From contig CAYXEO010000006.1 in NCBI GenBank assembly GCA_964464055.1, forward strand, positions 1,293 to 52,242: a stretch of DNA of 50,950 nucleotides, given 5' to 3'. Source of the DNA: an uncultured Methanosarcinales archaeon. Lineage in GTDB: Archaea > Nanobdellota > Nanobdellia > Woesearchaeales > GW2011-AR9. The translations under genes were made by a program, and so were the position numbers. This document shows positions 41,563 to 50,813 of the stretch, piece by piece. Every line of letters starts with the position of its first letter. Within the stretch, counting starts at the first letter, position 1. The notes under the pieces are model-generated. The model was not told where the DNA came from. It searched no databases and was given only the letters and a program-made list of their open reading frames with translations.

Positions 41563-42504
41563 ATGAGTGATGAATTAACAATCCAAGATTTACCTGGTGT
41601 CGGTGCTGCAACAGCAGAGAAATTAGAAAGTGCAGGATATCGAGATCTAATGTCTGTTGCCGTAGCAACTTTAGGGGAATTAACTGAATCTGCTGGCGTC
41701 TCGGAAGCTGTGGCCAGAAAAATGGTCAATGCTGCTCGTGACGGTATGAAAATGGGTTTTGAAAGTGGCACCGAAGTATTAAAGAAACGAGATTTCATTA
41801 ATAAAATCAGTACTGGTTCAGAAGTGTTTAATGAACTAATGGGTGGTGGATTTGAAACAGGTGCAATCACCGAATGTTTTGGTGAGTTTGGGTCTGGGAA
41901 AACGCAAGTTGGCCATTTATTGTGTGTCAATGTTTTGAAAGAGTTCCCTGAATCTGTTGCGGTATATATTGATTCCGAAAACACTTTTCGCCCTGAACGG
42001 ATTAAACAATTAGCTGAAGGCGCAGGTATTGACCCCGATGAAGCGTTAAGTAGAATCATGGTTGCCAGAGCTTACAATTCTGATCACCAGATGTTATTAA
42101 CAGAAAATGTTGACGGGTTAATTAAAGAGCAAGGTAAAGATGTCAAATTGGTTGTTATTGATTCATTAACATCTCATTTCCGAGCAGAGTTTGTTGGCCG
42201 GGGCACATTAGCGGAACGGCAACAGAAACTTAACCGGCACATGCATATGTTAGCAAAAATTGCGTCCATGAACAATGTTTGTGTTTATGTTACTAACCAA
42301 GTTATGTCTAAACCTGACCAGTTTTTTGGTGATCCGACAGCATCAATCGGTGGGCATATCGTGGCACACGCTTCAACTTTCAGAATCTATTTGCGGAAAG
42401 GTAAGAAAGGTAGCCGGGTAGCGAAACTAATCGATGCGCCGGCATTACCTGATGGAGAATGTTGTTTTGAAGTTCTGGAGCAAGGGTTAAGAGATATTGC
42501 TTAG
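41563..42504 (+). CDS. radA: DNA repair and recombination protein RadA
   Basis: 313 aa. HhH is LPGVGAATAEKLESAGY, Walker A is GEFGSGKTQ and Walker B is KLVVIDSLTSHFRAEF. GGHIVAHASTFRIYLRKGK is also present. Confidence 0.95.
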   Translation: MSDELTIQDLPGVGAATAEKLESAGYRDLMSVAVATLGELTESAGVSEAVARKMVNAARDGMKMGFESGTEVLKKRDFINKISTGSEVFNELMGGGFETGAITECFGEFGSGKTQVGHLLCVNVLKEFPESVAVYIDSENTFRPERIKQLAEGAGIDPDEALSRIMVARAYNSDHQMLLTENVDGLIKEQGKDVKLVVIDSLTSHFRAEFVGRGTLAERQQKLNRHMHMLAKIASMNNVCVYVTNQVMSKPDQFFGDPTASIGGHIVAHASTFRIYLRKGKKGSRVAKLIDAPALPDGECCFEVLEQGLRDIA

Positions 42505-42553
42505 GGTTGATTTTTTCTTTTTTTCTTTTTTCTAGATTTTAAGAGAGGTGTTT

Positions 42554-43414
42554 ATGATGAAAATGATTACATTAGATGATGGTATCAAAAATAAAATTCA
42601 TACTATTCGTGGACAACAAGTTATGTTAGACAGGGACTTGGCAGAATTGTATGGTGTTGAAACAAGAGTTCTTAATCAAGCAATTAAGAGAAATAAAGAA
42701 AGGTTTCCTGATGACTTTATGATTTCCTTGACAAGAAGTGAAATATTAAACTTATCACAAATTGTGATAAGTCCTAAAATAAAGCATGCACCTAATGTTA
42801 ATGTTTTTACTGAACAAGGAATTGCAATTTTATCAGGTTTATTAAAAAGTAAAAGAGCAATTAAAATAAATATCCAAATAATAAGGGTTTTTGTGCAAAT
42901 GCGGAAATTTATTTCAAAAAATGCCGAATTATTTCAGAGAATTGATCGAACCGAGCAGAAACTTTTAGAACATGATGTTAAATTTAAAGAGATTTTTTCT
43001 GCATTAGAAACAACCCCACCAAAGAAAGGAATATTTTATGATGGCCAAGTGTTTGATGCTTACACTTTTGTTTCAGATTTGGTAAGAAGTGCGAAGAGCT
43101 CAATTGTTTTGGTTGACAATTACATCGATGACACTGTTTTAACTTTGTTTAGCAAACGAAATAAAGAAGTTAAAGTAATAATTTACACAAAACACATTTT
43201 GAAACAACTAAAATTAGATTTAGAAAAGTACAACTCACAATATTCTAAAATTGAAATTAAAGAATTCAAAAAAGCACACGACCGTTTCTTAATAATTGAC
43301 GGTGAAGTTTATCATTTCGGTGCAAGTTTGAAGGATCTGGGTAAGAAATGGTTTGGTTTTACTAAATATGATAAAAAGTCAATTAAGTTATTGGATAAAC
43401 TGGAAAGTGGTTAG
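42554..43414 (+). CDS. ORF6N-domain (KilA-N-related DNA-binding) protein
   Basis: IHTIRGQQVMLDRDLAELYGVETRVLNQAIKRNKERFPDDFMISLT is the ORF6N signature. The C-terminal motif is AHDRFLIIDGEVYHFGASLKDLGKKWFGF. ATG 42554 (after GAGAGG) is preferred to GTG 42548. Confidence 0.65.
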   Translation: MMKMITLDDGIKNKIHTIRGQQVMLDRDLAELYGVETRVLNQAIKRNKERFPDDFMISLTRSEILNLSQIVISPKIKHAPNVNVFTEQGIAILSGLLKSKRAIKINIQIIRVFVQMRKFISKNAELFQRIDRTEQKLLEHDVKFKEIFSALETTPPKKGIFYDGQVFDAYTFVSDLVRSAKSSIVLVDNYIDDTVLTLFSKRNKEVKVIIYTKHILKQLKLDLEKYNSQYSKIEIKEFKKAHDRFLIIDGEVYHFGASLKDLGKKWFGFTKYDKKSIKLLDKLESG

Positions 43415-43526
43415 TTTCACTAATCTCAAAGCCTTTTTCACATAACATTTATATAATTCTGGGTGTATGTGGGTTTTATAGTTATGATTCGAATAAATAA
43501 GCAAGTAAATAATAAAATAAACAAAC

Positions 43527-43584
43527 TGTTTCTAGTTAGTTTTTTAGATGTAATAATGACAAATTAAATGATAAACTAGAAACA
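43527..43584. promoter_or_regulatory. 11-bp perfect inverted repeat upstream of the TRAM gene
   Basis: TGTTTCTAGTT (43527-43537) and AACTAGAAACA (43574-43584) are separated by 36 nt. They end 20 nt before ATG 43604. The same 11-mer also occurs at 40979-40989. Confidence 0.35.
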
Positions 43585-43603
43585 AAACTATGGAGGGAAA
43601 TAA

Positions 43604-43936
43604 ATGAGTGAACAAGAAGCTCCTGTAAAAGAAGGAGAAGAACATAAAGTATATATTAATGCAGTAGGTGCAAAAGGTGATGGTATTGCCAAAGTAAAAG
43701 GGTTTGTCCTGTTTGTATCTGGTGTAAAGAAAGGTGATTTTGTAAATATTAAGATTACCAAAGTATTAAAAAATTCTGGTTTTGCAACATTAGTAGAAAA
43801 GTTAGAAAAACCAGTAAGACAATCAAAGTTTGCAACACTTTCAGCTGACGAATTTCATGCTCCGCAAGAAGTAGAAGAAGATAGTCAATATGATGAGACT
43901 GACGATTTTGGTGCAGATCTAGATGATGAAGATTAG
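43604..43936 (+). CDS. TRAM-domain protein with acidic C-terminal tail
   Basis: The TRAM fold pattern is HKVYINAVGAKGDGIAKVKGFVLFVSGVKKGDFVNIKITKVLKNSGFATLVEK. The tail ends DETDDFGADLDDED. Confidence 0.7.
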   Translation: MSEQEAPVKEGEEHKVYINAVGAKGDGIAKVKGFVLFVSGVKKGDFVNIKITKVLKNSGFATLVEKLEKPVRQSKFATLSADEFHAPQEVEEDSQYDETDDFGADLDDED

Positions 43937-44072
43937 GTAAGTTACTTTATTTTTTTTTTAAATAAGGATAGTTTTAAATAATTTAATTCTTTTATTTTGT
44001 ATATTGGTAGATGGTGGTAGATAGTATCATTAATTATATTTATTAAATAACAAAAAAAAGAGGTGTTAAAAG

Positions 44073-46478
44073 ATGAATTATATTGCGTGGTTTAAAGATT
44101 TGAATAAAGATTCTATCCCTGTTGCAGGTGGTAAAGGGGCAAATTTAGGAGAAATGTACAATTTAGGGTTACCTGTTCCACCAGGATTTTGTGTTACTGC
44201 ACAGACTTATAAAGAGTTTATTGAACGGACCCAAATCAAAGAAAAAATTGAAGATAAACTGAAAGGTCTTGACATTAACGATACTGAGAAATTACAAGAA
44301 GTGGCAAAAAAAATTCAGAATATCATAAATTATACAGAAATTCCTGGAGAAATGGCAGAAGATATCCTGGACAGTTATGAATTGTTAGGTGCGGGAAAAG
44401 ATGCACACGATTTGGTTGAATCAAAAGACGTTTTTGTTGCTGTACGGAGTAGTGCCACGGCAGAAGATTTGCCGAGTGCCTCATTTGCTGGTCAGCAAGC
44501 AACTTTTTTGAACGTCAAAGGTAAACAGGAGGTAATTAATGCAGTTCGTTCTTGTTGGGCCTCATTATACACTGCACGGGCAATTTATTATCGTGAAAAA
44601 AATGGGTTTGATCATAGTAAAGTGTTAATTTGTGCCGTTGTACAACGGATGGTAAATTCTGATAAGTCTGGAATCATGTTTACCATTAATCCGGCAACAA
44701 ACAAAGAAGATGAAATTGTTATTGAAGCTGTTTACGGGTTGGGAGAAATGATTGTTGGTGGAGAAGTTAATCCTGACATGTATGTGATTAACAAAACAAC
44801 TAAAGAAATAACTAAAACCGAAGTAAGAAAACAAGAGATTGGTTTATTCAGGAACGAAAAGGGGGAAAATGAAAAACAAGATGTGCCAGACGGCGAACAA
44901 GAACAACAAATTGTTTCTGATTTGGACATCAAAGAGTTAGCCCGGTTAGGGAAAAAGATTGAAGATCATTATGGTCGTCCGCAAGATATTGAATGGGCGA
45001 TGGAGAAAGAAAAAATTTACATTGTGCAAGCTCGGGCAGTAACAACTTTCCATAAAGAAGAAGAAGCAGGAGAAGAAGTAAAAAGTGAAATAAATGGTGC
45101 ACAAGGAACACAAGAAACAAATGAACCAAATGTTCCTAGTGGAACAAACGAATTTACAGAACCTAAAACGCACAACATCATCTTAAAAGGTGAAACTGCT
45201 TCTCGTGGCGTTTATGGTGGGAAAGTAAAATTAGTGAATGATCCCTCTGAATTAAGTAAAATTGTTGATGGTGATGTATTAGTTACCAAGATGACAACTC
45301 CGGACATGGTCCCGGCGATGCAAAAAGCAGGTGCTATAATCACTAATGAAGGCGGGATGACTTGTCATGCAGCAATCGTAAGTCGAGAAATGGGAACTCC
45401 TTGTATTGTTGGTACCCGGACTGCAACTGAAAGTTTGCAAGATGGGCAAGAAGTTACAGTGGATGCAACTAATGGTATTGTGTATGAGGGTTTTTTAGGC
45501 ACTGGAAAGAAACGTGAATCAGGAGTTACAGAAGTAGTAGAAGAAACACAAAAAGAACCTGTTGTTCACGAAGATATAATTACTGCTACAGAAGTTAAAG
45601 TAATTATGGATTTACCGGACATGGCTCAACGAGCTGCTCAAACTGGTGCTGATGGTGTTGGGTTAGTGCGGTTAGAAATCATGATTGCTAATGGTGGGAT
45701 TCATCCAGCGGAATATATTAGGCAGGATAAAGATGCTGATTACGTTAATTTATTAAAAACTGGAATTAGAAAAATTGCGCAAGCTTTTGCACATAAACCT
45801 GTCTGGGTTAGATGTTCAGACATGCGTAGTGATGAATACCGGAACTTGCAAGGTGGTGAACAGGAATCACATGAATCTGACCCAATGATTGGTTGGCACG
45901 CTATCCGAAGGTTACTGGATGAACCAAGAATATTGAAAGCAGAATTTCAAGCTATTAAGGAGTTGCATGAAGAAGGGTTTGATAATGTGGGTGTAATGTT
46001 ACCGTTTGTGATAAGGGTTGAAGAGGTCAAGAAAGCGAAAGAAGTTATGCGTGAGATGGGATTAGAACCTTGTCAAGATGTTGATTTTGGGGTGATGATT
46101 GAAACTCCGGCTTCTTGTTGGATCATTGAAGAATTGTGTCAAGAGGGGATCTCCTTCGTTTCCTTTGGAACAAATGATTTGACACAATTAACTTTAGGGA
46201 TTGACAGAAATAATGAACGGATAGCACATCTTTTTGATGAGATGCACCCTGCTGTCTTAGGAGAGTTAGCTAAAGTTATCGATGTTTGTAACAAATATAA
46301 AGTTACCAGTTCCATCTGTGGGCAGGCAGGTAGTCGTCCGGAGATGGCTGAGTTTTTGGTTCATCGTGGTATCAATAGTATCTCTGCGAATGTTGATGCG
46401 GTAGATGAAATAAGGCATACCGTAGCAAAAACTGAGAAGAAATTGTTATTAGATGCTGAAAGGGAACGAAAGAAATAG
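44073..46478 (+). CDS. ppsA: Phosphoenolpyruvate synthase
   Basis: 801 aa. The N-terminus is VAGGKGANLGEMYNLGLPVPPGFCVT. The swivel phospho-His domain is NEGGMTCHAAIVSREMGTPCIVG. The C-terminal PEP-utilising barrel shows GVGLVRLE, FVSFGTNDLTQL and SICGQA. Confidence 0.95.
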   Translation: MNYIAWFKDLNKDSIPVAGGKGANLGEMYNLGLPVPPGFCVTAQTYKEFIERTQIKEKIEDKLKGLDINDTEKLQEVAKKIQNIINYTEIPGEMAEDILDSYELLGAGKDAHDLVESKDVFVAVRSSATAEDLPSASFAGQQATFLNVKGKQEVINAVRSCWASLYTARAIYYREKNGFDHSKVLICAVVQRMVNSDKSGIMFTINPATNKEDEIVIEAVYGLGEMIVGGEVNPDMYVINKTTKEITKTEVRKQEIGLFRNEKGENEKQDVPDGEQEQQIVSDLDIKELARLGKKIEDHYGRPQDIEWAMEKEKIYIVQARAVTTFHKEEEAGEEVKSEINGAQGTQETNEPNVPSGTNEFTEPKTHNIILKGETASRGVYGGKVKLVNDPSELSKIVDGDVLVTKMTTPDMVPAMQKAGAIITNEGGMTCHAAIVSREMGTPCIVGTRTATESLQDGQEVTVDATNGIVYEGFLGTGKKRESGVTEVVEETQKEPVVHEDIITATEVKVIMDLPDMAQRAAQTGADGVGLVRLEIMIANGGIHPAEYIRQDKDADYVNLLKTGIRKIAQAFAHKPVWVRCSDMRSDEYRNLQGGEQESHESDPMIGWHAIRRLLDEPRILKAEFQAIKELHEEGFDNVGVMLPFVIRVEEVKKAKEVMREMGLEPCQDVDFGVMIETPASCWIIEELCQEGISFVSFGTNDLTQLTLGIDRNNERIAHLFDEMHPAVLGELAKVIDVCNKYKVTSSICGQAGSRPEMAEFLVHRGINSISANVDAVDEIRHTVAKTEKKLLLDAERERKK

Positions 46479-46516
46479 TTACTTTTTAGTTTATCTTATT
46501 CTTTAATTTATTAAGA

Positions 46517-47368
46517 TTATTTAGTAGTGATTTTTTGATAAGCTTTGCTAATATCTTTTTCTTGATACCCATACTTTAAAAGAGCAGACTTGATCTGTTC
46601 TGAGTTATATCCTGCTTGTTGATATTGAGTTATATAATTGATGATCTCATTAATCTTTTTTTGTTGATGTTTTTTCTTATCATAGATTATTATGATTACA
46701 ATTATTATTATAAATATTAATAGTAATATTAAGAAGATGACCCACCAGGGAAATTTACTGGGTTCTTTTTCTGATTTTTTTGTTATTGTTTTTTTTTCTA
46801 TCTCTTTTAAAGGGGTAGGTTCTGTTTCATCAATTAATCCTGGAGTTTTAAGACAATCTTGATCTTCATCATTTTGACAGTCTGGATCACAAAGGTTATC
46901 ATCCATTTTATCACAATAATCATCTTTCTGACCAGATTGGCAGTCAGAAGGACATTCATAATTATTCTCTTGTGGTTCACATAAATTGTTACCACAAGTA
47001 TCTGCGAAATGGGTCACGGAAATACTAAGAGGTATAGCTTGTTTAGGATCTTGAAGAATAACACTTTGTCCATTTTGATAATATGGTAAGAACAAATCAA
47101 AAGGTTGATAAAATTTAGGAGTGAATTTTGTTTGGTATATTGTTTTGCCAGAGAAATCCTTTATTTCAGCAGTGTGTGTACCTTCTATCTCCGGTATTGG
47201 TAATTCTCCCACAACAATTTTTGTTGATGAATAAGCTAAACCCTTATCTGTATTAACTAATTTTAAAGAATATAACTCTTCTGCTTGGACAAAATAAGGC
47301 AAGATAAGTAAGGAAAGGGATATAAGAATAATTACAGGAATGCTTTTTTTAAAGTTAGTTCTTTTCAT
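46517..47368 (-). CDS. Type I membrane surface protein (283 aa)
   Basis: The leader is IPVIILISLSLLILPYFVQA. The acidic Cys motif is CGNNLCEPQENNYECPSDCQSGQKDDYCDKMDDNLCDPDCQNDEDQDC. The TM is FPWWVIFLILLLIFIIIIVIIIIY, and the cytoplasmic tail ends AGYNSEQIKSALLKYGYQEKDISKAY. Confidence 0.8.
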   Translation of the reverse strand: MKRTNFKKSIPVIILISLSLLILPYFVQAEELYSLKLVNTDKGLAYSSTKIVVGELPIPEIEGTHTAEIKDFSGKTIYQTKFTPKFYQPFDLFLPYYQNGQSVILQDPKQAIPLSISVTHFADTCGNNLCEPQENNYECPSDCQSGQKDDYCDKMDDNLCDPDCQNDEDQDCLKTPGLIDETEPTPLKEIEKKTITKKSEKEPSKFPWWVIFLILLLIFIIIIVIIIIYDKKKHQQKKINEIINYITQYQQAGYNSEQIKSALLKYGYQEKDISKAYQKITTK

Positions 47369-47382
47369 ATTTTTTCTAATTT

Positions 47383-49248
47383 TTATTCCTCATACCATTC
47401 CACTCCTGCTGAATACATCTCCGGTTCTTTATTATTTCCTACTTCAAGATAATATGGCCAGGAAGTGGCATTATTTTTTTGGTTATCTTCCGCAGTAATA
47501 TAAATTGTATGTGGACCCATAGTTAAATCAGTGGGGATGGTTTTAGTAACAAGCGGTTTAACAGACCCACTTGCTAAAATTGAATCTGAATCATGAACCT
47601 CATATTTAATGCTTTGATCATCATTTTTGTGAATAATCTGAAACGTTACATCTGGGGAAGTTGGGTGAGCAATTTTATCCAAGGAAGTAATTTGGATCAC
47701 AAAATCATTGACTCTTTTTTCTACTTTAAGAGTTTTAGAGATGGCTAGATTGTTATCACTATCTTTTGCTTCTATTTGAATGATATGTTTACCATCTGGT
47801 ACATTTAAGCTGAGGTCTATTTTGCTACCATTAAAAGTCGTATTCTGGTGTAGGTACATGATAGGATGGTCAAGGTCAGCATAGATTGTGTAATTGATTG
47901 ATTCATTTTTGTTATCATAAATGATAAAAGAAAGGTTAACATTGGACACATCCTGTCCGTTATCATCAAAGTGAATAATTTTTATCATTGGAGGGATCTC
48001 TTTGGCCATCGCTTCTTTTTGAATTGCATCAATCGTCATAGTATATTTACAAAAATCTTCTAAGATGTTATTCATGGTTACATTTTGTTTAGAAGAATCT
48101 TCATTAAACATAAATTCATGATTAATCTCAATAAATCTACCTACTTGTTTACAATCATCAATGGTGTCACCAATATTAATGATATAATTTGTTGTGGTTT
48201 CTGTTTGATTAGTTAAATCTGTTTGGTTTTGTTCTGTCTTAGGGTAAAGGAAAGGACAATTTTTTTCCAAAAATTTTAATTTTAATTTTTCAGTATGTTG
48301 AGTTGATAAATCAAAGGTCAGTGGTATGGAATAATAATTAAATCCTTTGTTATTTAGTAATGACCCTACAATCTCTTCTGCACTTTTATTTTCTAATGTT
48401 TCAATATTCATGTTTTTAGTTAAAAGAAAATTGTAACTTTTCATAACATTAAAATCAAATAAACTATTGTTCCCTGGAGTAAATGAATTAAGAAAGATAA
48501 CATTTTCTTGTGAATTTAACCCATAATCTTTATCAACATAATTTGTAATGGGGTAACATTGTGTAGGGGTTAGTAATAAGTAATTTTCTTGTTCATTTGA
48601 CATCTCATATTTTACTTTTGTGATTGATGAAATAGTAGGAAATCCAGAGGTGTCCCATTTACCAGAGAACAGCATATCATTAGCATTCCCATCACCATGG
48701 AGCCCATCATTAAATAACAGAATCTGTTTAGAATAATTTTCAGATGTAATATTTACTTCTACATTATTTTTATTTTCATTTTCAAAAAGTAATGCTTTTA
48801 TTAAAAAAGGACTGTCGATTTTTCCTACTAACGGTTCTGAATACAAAAATTCTTTCCCCTCATAAAGTATTGGGAACCCAGTGGTAGCAATTAAACTTTC
48901 TTGTTCTAAAGCCGTTGTACATTTTGGATGATTTGTACAGCCAATTGCCTTAAATTCTCCTTTATCTTGACAGTTACTTTGTAAATAATTATCATAGCAA
49001 TAACCTTCATAATCAATACAACAACCAACATTACATTGAGGTATTTCATTACATTGAACCCCGGGATTAAATTGGTTTGGGCAATCATTTTTTGAAGTTT
49101 CTTGACAAATTAGATCACAACAACCTACATTAGCGTAGGCAACTTCTCCAACAGTATTACTACGATTAACAATAATCAGTAAACTAACTAGAATTATTAA
49201 AACAATTGCTGAAAGTACTATTGTTATTTTTTTATTTTCTACTTTCAT
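47383..49248 (-). CDS. N-terminally anchored Cys-rich surface protein (621 aa from ATG 49248)
   Basis: ATG 49248 forms an ATGA overlap with the upstream stop (49245-49247); the track start is 49266. The N-terminus is MKVENKKITIVLSAIVLIILVSLLIIV. GCC-containing Cys modules are NVGCCDLICQ and NVGCCIDYEGYC. Ig-like modules follow (GKHIIQIEAKDSDNN, GPHTIYITAEDNQKNN). Confidence 0.8.
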   Translation of the reverse strand: MKVENKKITIVLSAIVLIILVSLLIIVNRSNTVGEVAYANVGCCDLICQETSKNDCPNQFNPGVQCNEIPQCNVGCCIDYEGYCYDNYLQSNCQDKGEFKAIGCTNHPKCTTALEQESLIATTGFPILYEGKEFLYSEPLVGKIDSPFLIKALLFENENKNNVEVNITSENYSKQILLFNDGLHGDGNANDMLFSGKWDTSGFPTISSITKVKYEMSNEQENYLLLTPTQCYPITNYVDKDYGLNSQENVIFLNSFTPGNNSLFDFNVMKSYNFLLTKNMNIETLENKSAEEIVGSLLNNKGFNYYSIPLTFDLSTQHTEKLKLKFLEKNCPFLYPKTEQNQTDLTNQTETTTNYIINIGDTIDDCKQVGRFIEINHEFMFNEDSSKQNVTMNNILEDFCKYTMTIDAIQKEAMAKEIPPMIKIIHFDDNGQDVSNVNLSFIIYDNKNESINYTIYADLDHPIMYLHQNTTFNGSKIDLSLNVPDGKHIIQIEAKDSDNNLAISKTLKVEKRVNDFVIQITSLDKIAHPTSPDVTFQIIHKNDDQSIKYEVHDSDSILASGSVKPLVTKTIPTDLTMGPHTIYITAEDNQKNNATSWPYYLEVGNNKEPEMYSAGVEWYEE

Positions 49249-50540
49249 TTGTACTCTGCTATACATTTAACTGAACATTTTTGGCACCACATCGCTCGCC
49301 AAAAACTACACTTGGGCATTTGTGAACTTACTGTAACTTTTCTGCCACCCTTTACTTCCAAGGAAGTTTCTGGACGGTAATTAATCATACAAACCCCTTT
49401 CCCACCATGAGATGTCTTGGTTACTTCAACGGTTTGATCACAAGTTACTGGGAAGGCAATATAGTCTGGACCAGCACCAAAACTGATTGCCCCATTGATA
49501 ATTGCTCCTGCAGCAATCCCACCTATTATGACTATTAAGGTAGATTTAAGAAGGACTAGTACTGGGCTTCCAAGATTAACTAACCAGGATAAGAAGCCTG
49601 TTACCGAACCTGTACCAATCCCTAATGTAGCTACAATAATTATTGCAGCTATAATCAACGCTATGATCATACCTATTAATCTGCCAATACATCCAGCGTC
49701 TGGGTCTATTATAGAAGAGATACTTTTACTTTTAAAACTTTGGTTTTTACAAGAAACAGGGGTTACTTTAACAGTATCAATGGGATTTATTTGTTCTTTA
49801 AAACTAACAGTAATTGCTCCTTCAATAGCTGAACCAGCAAGATTATCTTGATTTTTTTGAGCTTTAAATTCTTCTCCTAAACCCCATCCAGGGATAGTTG
49901 TCCAAATATTATTATTTTTATAATCTGTTTCTACGGGAAGTGGTCGCCACCCATCTTCATCCTCATAAAGTAAACCCATCTCTCCATTAGCAGGATTTTC
50001 ATCTTCATCCCAGTGAAGAATTAATATTTGCGGTTCATTAAAACGTATCGGTGACGGTCCTAACTCATAAACTGGATAAGTTAAGTTCCAACTATCGTTC
50101 CCATAAATAATTGAATTGTCTAGTTCTTCTGAGTGAGGGACATTAATTTTAGTGGCATTACCAATGTATACTTGTTGGATGGTTAAGTTAGGTATTGCTG
50201 CACCTCTGAGATTAATAGTTGTTCCAGGCATGAGGGATAGTTTTAACATTTTATCAATGGAACTTAAGAATAAAGGTAAGTTAGTAGGGACAGTGTTACT
50301 GTTTGGTGCTAATTCAATCGTCTTTTTCAAATAAGATTTACCAAATTCACTAGAAAATTCAAGGGATATTTTTTCTTTCAGGTGAGATTCCTTTTCAATG
50401 ATAGAATAGATGAGATGTTCATCATCAGGGAAAGAATATTGTATAGTAAATAAAGTAGAATTGAATCCTTTTAATGGTATTAATCGTTCAAAATCTGTTT
50501 GTTGTTGCAGGTTGATAATAGTAGAAGCAGTTTCAAACAT
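49245..50540 (-). CDS. Surface or membrane protein, minimal ATG-initiated ORF of a longer interrupted gene
   Basis: 431 aa from ATG 50540. The C-terminal Gly/Ile/Ala-rich segments are GRLIGMIIALIIAAIIIVATLGIGTGSVTGFLSWLV and LIVIIGGIAAGAIINGAISFGAG, followed by a Cys-rich end. The frame stays open upstream to 50810. Confidence 0.7.
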   Translation of the reverse strand: MFETASTIINLQQQTDFERLIPLKGFNSTLFTIQYSFPDDEHLIYSIIEKESHLKEKISLEFSSEFGKSYLKKTIELAPNSNTVPTNLPLFLSSIDKMLKLSLMPGTTINLRGAAIPNLTIQQVYIGNATKINVPHSEELDNSIIYGNDSWNLTYPVYELGPSPIRFNEPQILILHWDEDENPANGEMGLLYEDEDGWRPLPVETDYKNNNIWTTIPGWGLGEEFKAQKNQDNLAGSAIEGAITVSFKEQINPIDTVKVTPVSCKNQSFKSKSISSIIDPDAGCIGRLIGMIIALIIAAIIIVATLGIGTGSVTGFLSWLVNLGSPVLVLLKSTLIVIIGGIAAGAIINGAISFGAGPDYIAFPVTCDQTVEVTKTSHGGKGVCMINYRPETSLEVKGGRKVTVSSQMPKCSFWRAMWCQKCSVKCIAEYK

Positions 50541-50813
50541 TTTTTTGAAGGGAAAATTAAGATTAATTGAAAAAGTATCAAACTCTTTAATCTTTTCATC
50601 TTTACTAAATTTGAGTGTATAATTTAGGTTTGAGATTACTCTAGCACCACCAAATAGTATCTCTGATTTGTGTTTATTAGTGATAATTTTAAACCCTTGT
50701 TCTTCAAGGGTAGAATAATTTAAACAAGGAGTAATATCTTGTTCAATAAATTGTTCTAACCGTATTTTAATTTCTTCTAAAGTAGGTTGAACATTTATTT
50801 GATCAATAAACTA

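Noticed and set aside
45040-45190. Polar/acidic insert in PpsA (KEEEAGEEVKSEINGAQGTQETNEPNVPSGTNEFTEPKT), and the antisense ORFs 44625-45173
   Set aside because: It sits at the normal flexible linker between the ATP-grasp and swivel His domains. It is not an intein or a mobile insertion. The antisense ORFs are shadows.
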